Assembly (NCBI GenBank): GCA_907165135.1
Contig: OU015568.1
Coordinates: forward strand, 10,416,001 to 10,480,000
Source: Oikopleura dioica
Lineage: Eukaryota > Animalia > Chordata
Length of the DNA stretch: 64,000 nt
Reading direction: 5' to 3'
Below the pieces are notes generated by a model. The model searched no databases, was not told where the DNA came from, and saw nothing but the letters and a program-made list of their open reading frames with translations. Both the position numbers and the translations under genes were made by a program. This document shows, one piece after another, positions 63,074-64,000 of this stretch (within the stretch, counting starts at the first letter, position 1; each line of letters starts with the position of its first letter).

Positions 63074-63459
63074 GGGGGTAGAAACAGCTTTCTCCATTTT
63101 GGACTGCAGCTACATAAAAGAAAGTATAAGATTTATTTACGTTCACGGAATTTCCTCATAAATGTTCCTAGAAAAAGGGTTGAGCTTCACAAAAATGTGG
63201 ATGAAATTTGTTTAACTATCAGCGGACTCGAGATATACGTGTTTGAAAATTTGCGAAAATCGAGAATTTCGGAGAGATGAGCTGCTTCTGAGCCCGCTTA
63301 CTCAAAAATTTGATGACTAAAACAAATTTCGAGGGAGATGTTCTTAGATCTAAGATGTATCTATCTAAATCTGAAGAAAAAATTTGAAAATGTAAGATTC
63401 TCTTGTCTGAAGCGACGGTCAAAAATCGCCTTTTTCGGAAAAAAGCTGTTTCTACCCCC
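63074..63459. mobile_element. TTAA-flanked MITE with GG termini (Kolobok-like)
   Basis: TTAA|GGGGGTAGAAACAGCTTT...AAAGCTGTTTCTACCCCC|TTAA; perfect inverted repeat. Confidence 0.7.
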
Positions 63460-64000
63460 TTAATTCAAAAATCGGAAAAGTCTTCCAAAATGTCAGCAGG
63501 AATACGTGACAATTAGAAAAGGCTGAGTATTACAGTATCTGCCCCGAAGCTCAACATTTCCCAGCCAACTTGAAATTGAAAGCGAGCCATTGTCCCAAAG
63601 TTCGAGTGATCTGCGAGAACAAAGCGCTTCCTCAAATGTCAAAAGCAGTCTGACTCTGCCCTGCGTTAGAAAAACCAACAGAACGTCTATTTGAATTTCA
63701 ACAGTGAAATTTTTAATTTCAATTCGCAAATGCCGAAACTGCTGTTTGAAGAGGTCATTTTACGACGTGTTAATAGCAACCGCGGATTCATTTGACATTA
63801 AAATTTTGCACTTTGACTTTTGAAACTTTGTAAATACAGACAATACTCATTTTAAAACCAGGATTAACGTTTCCGCTTTGATATTTTAGAAGAAATAATG
63901 ACGCAGATAGTTTCTCCTCAAACTTGAAATTTTCAGCGAGACTATCTCTGTAATTGTTTTCTGGAAAATATTTGAGCGGAAGCTTTTATTGCGGTCTTGA

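Overview
Gene-dense eukaryotic window with many 40-50 nt introns, AG acceptors directly before ATGs and intergenic gaps as short as ~40 bp. This strongly resembles the larvacean tunicate Oikopleura (inferred from architecture, not confirmed). From 20.3 kb to base 1, eleven co-oriented minus-strand genes form an operon-like run: 4-TM orphan, MBD2/3, PPCS, HSD17B7, MSL1-like, SKIV2L, Spc24-like, COX11, acidic orphan, F-box/LRR, KARS. The run also contains an antisense tRNA-Ser(AGA) and a synaptobrevin-like gene nested in an HSD17B7 intron. The rest holds an achaete-scute bHLH, a MAP3K-like pseudokinase, lectins, a BTB protein, UFSP2, SEC24C/D, PITHD1, GT10 and GT31 glycosyltransferases, secreted orphans, an sHSP and 14-3-3. 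Six MITEs have readable TIRs and TSDs (four hAT-type with 8-bp TSDs, two TTAA-type). Best leads: a VAMP with Gln at the SNARE zero layer; an intron-containing clan-CE protease; a GAGCT-repeat hAT MITE that rewrote a gene's C-terminus; a GT31-hevein fusion; a host gene with a piggyBac-type Cys-rich domain; and a compact 5S-like structured RNA in an intron. All exon models were spliced by eye.
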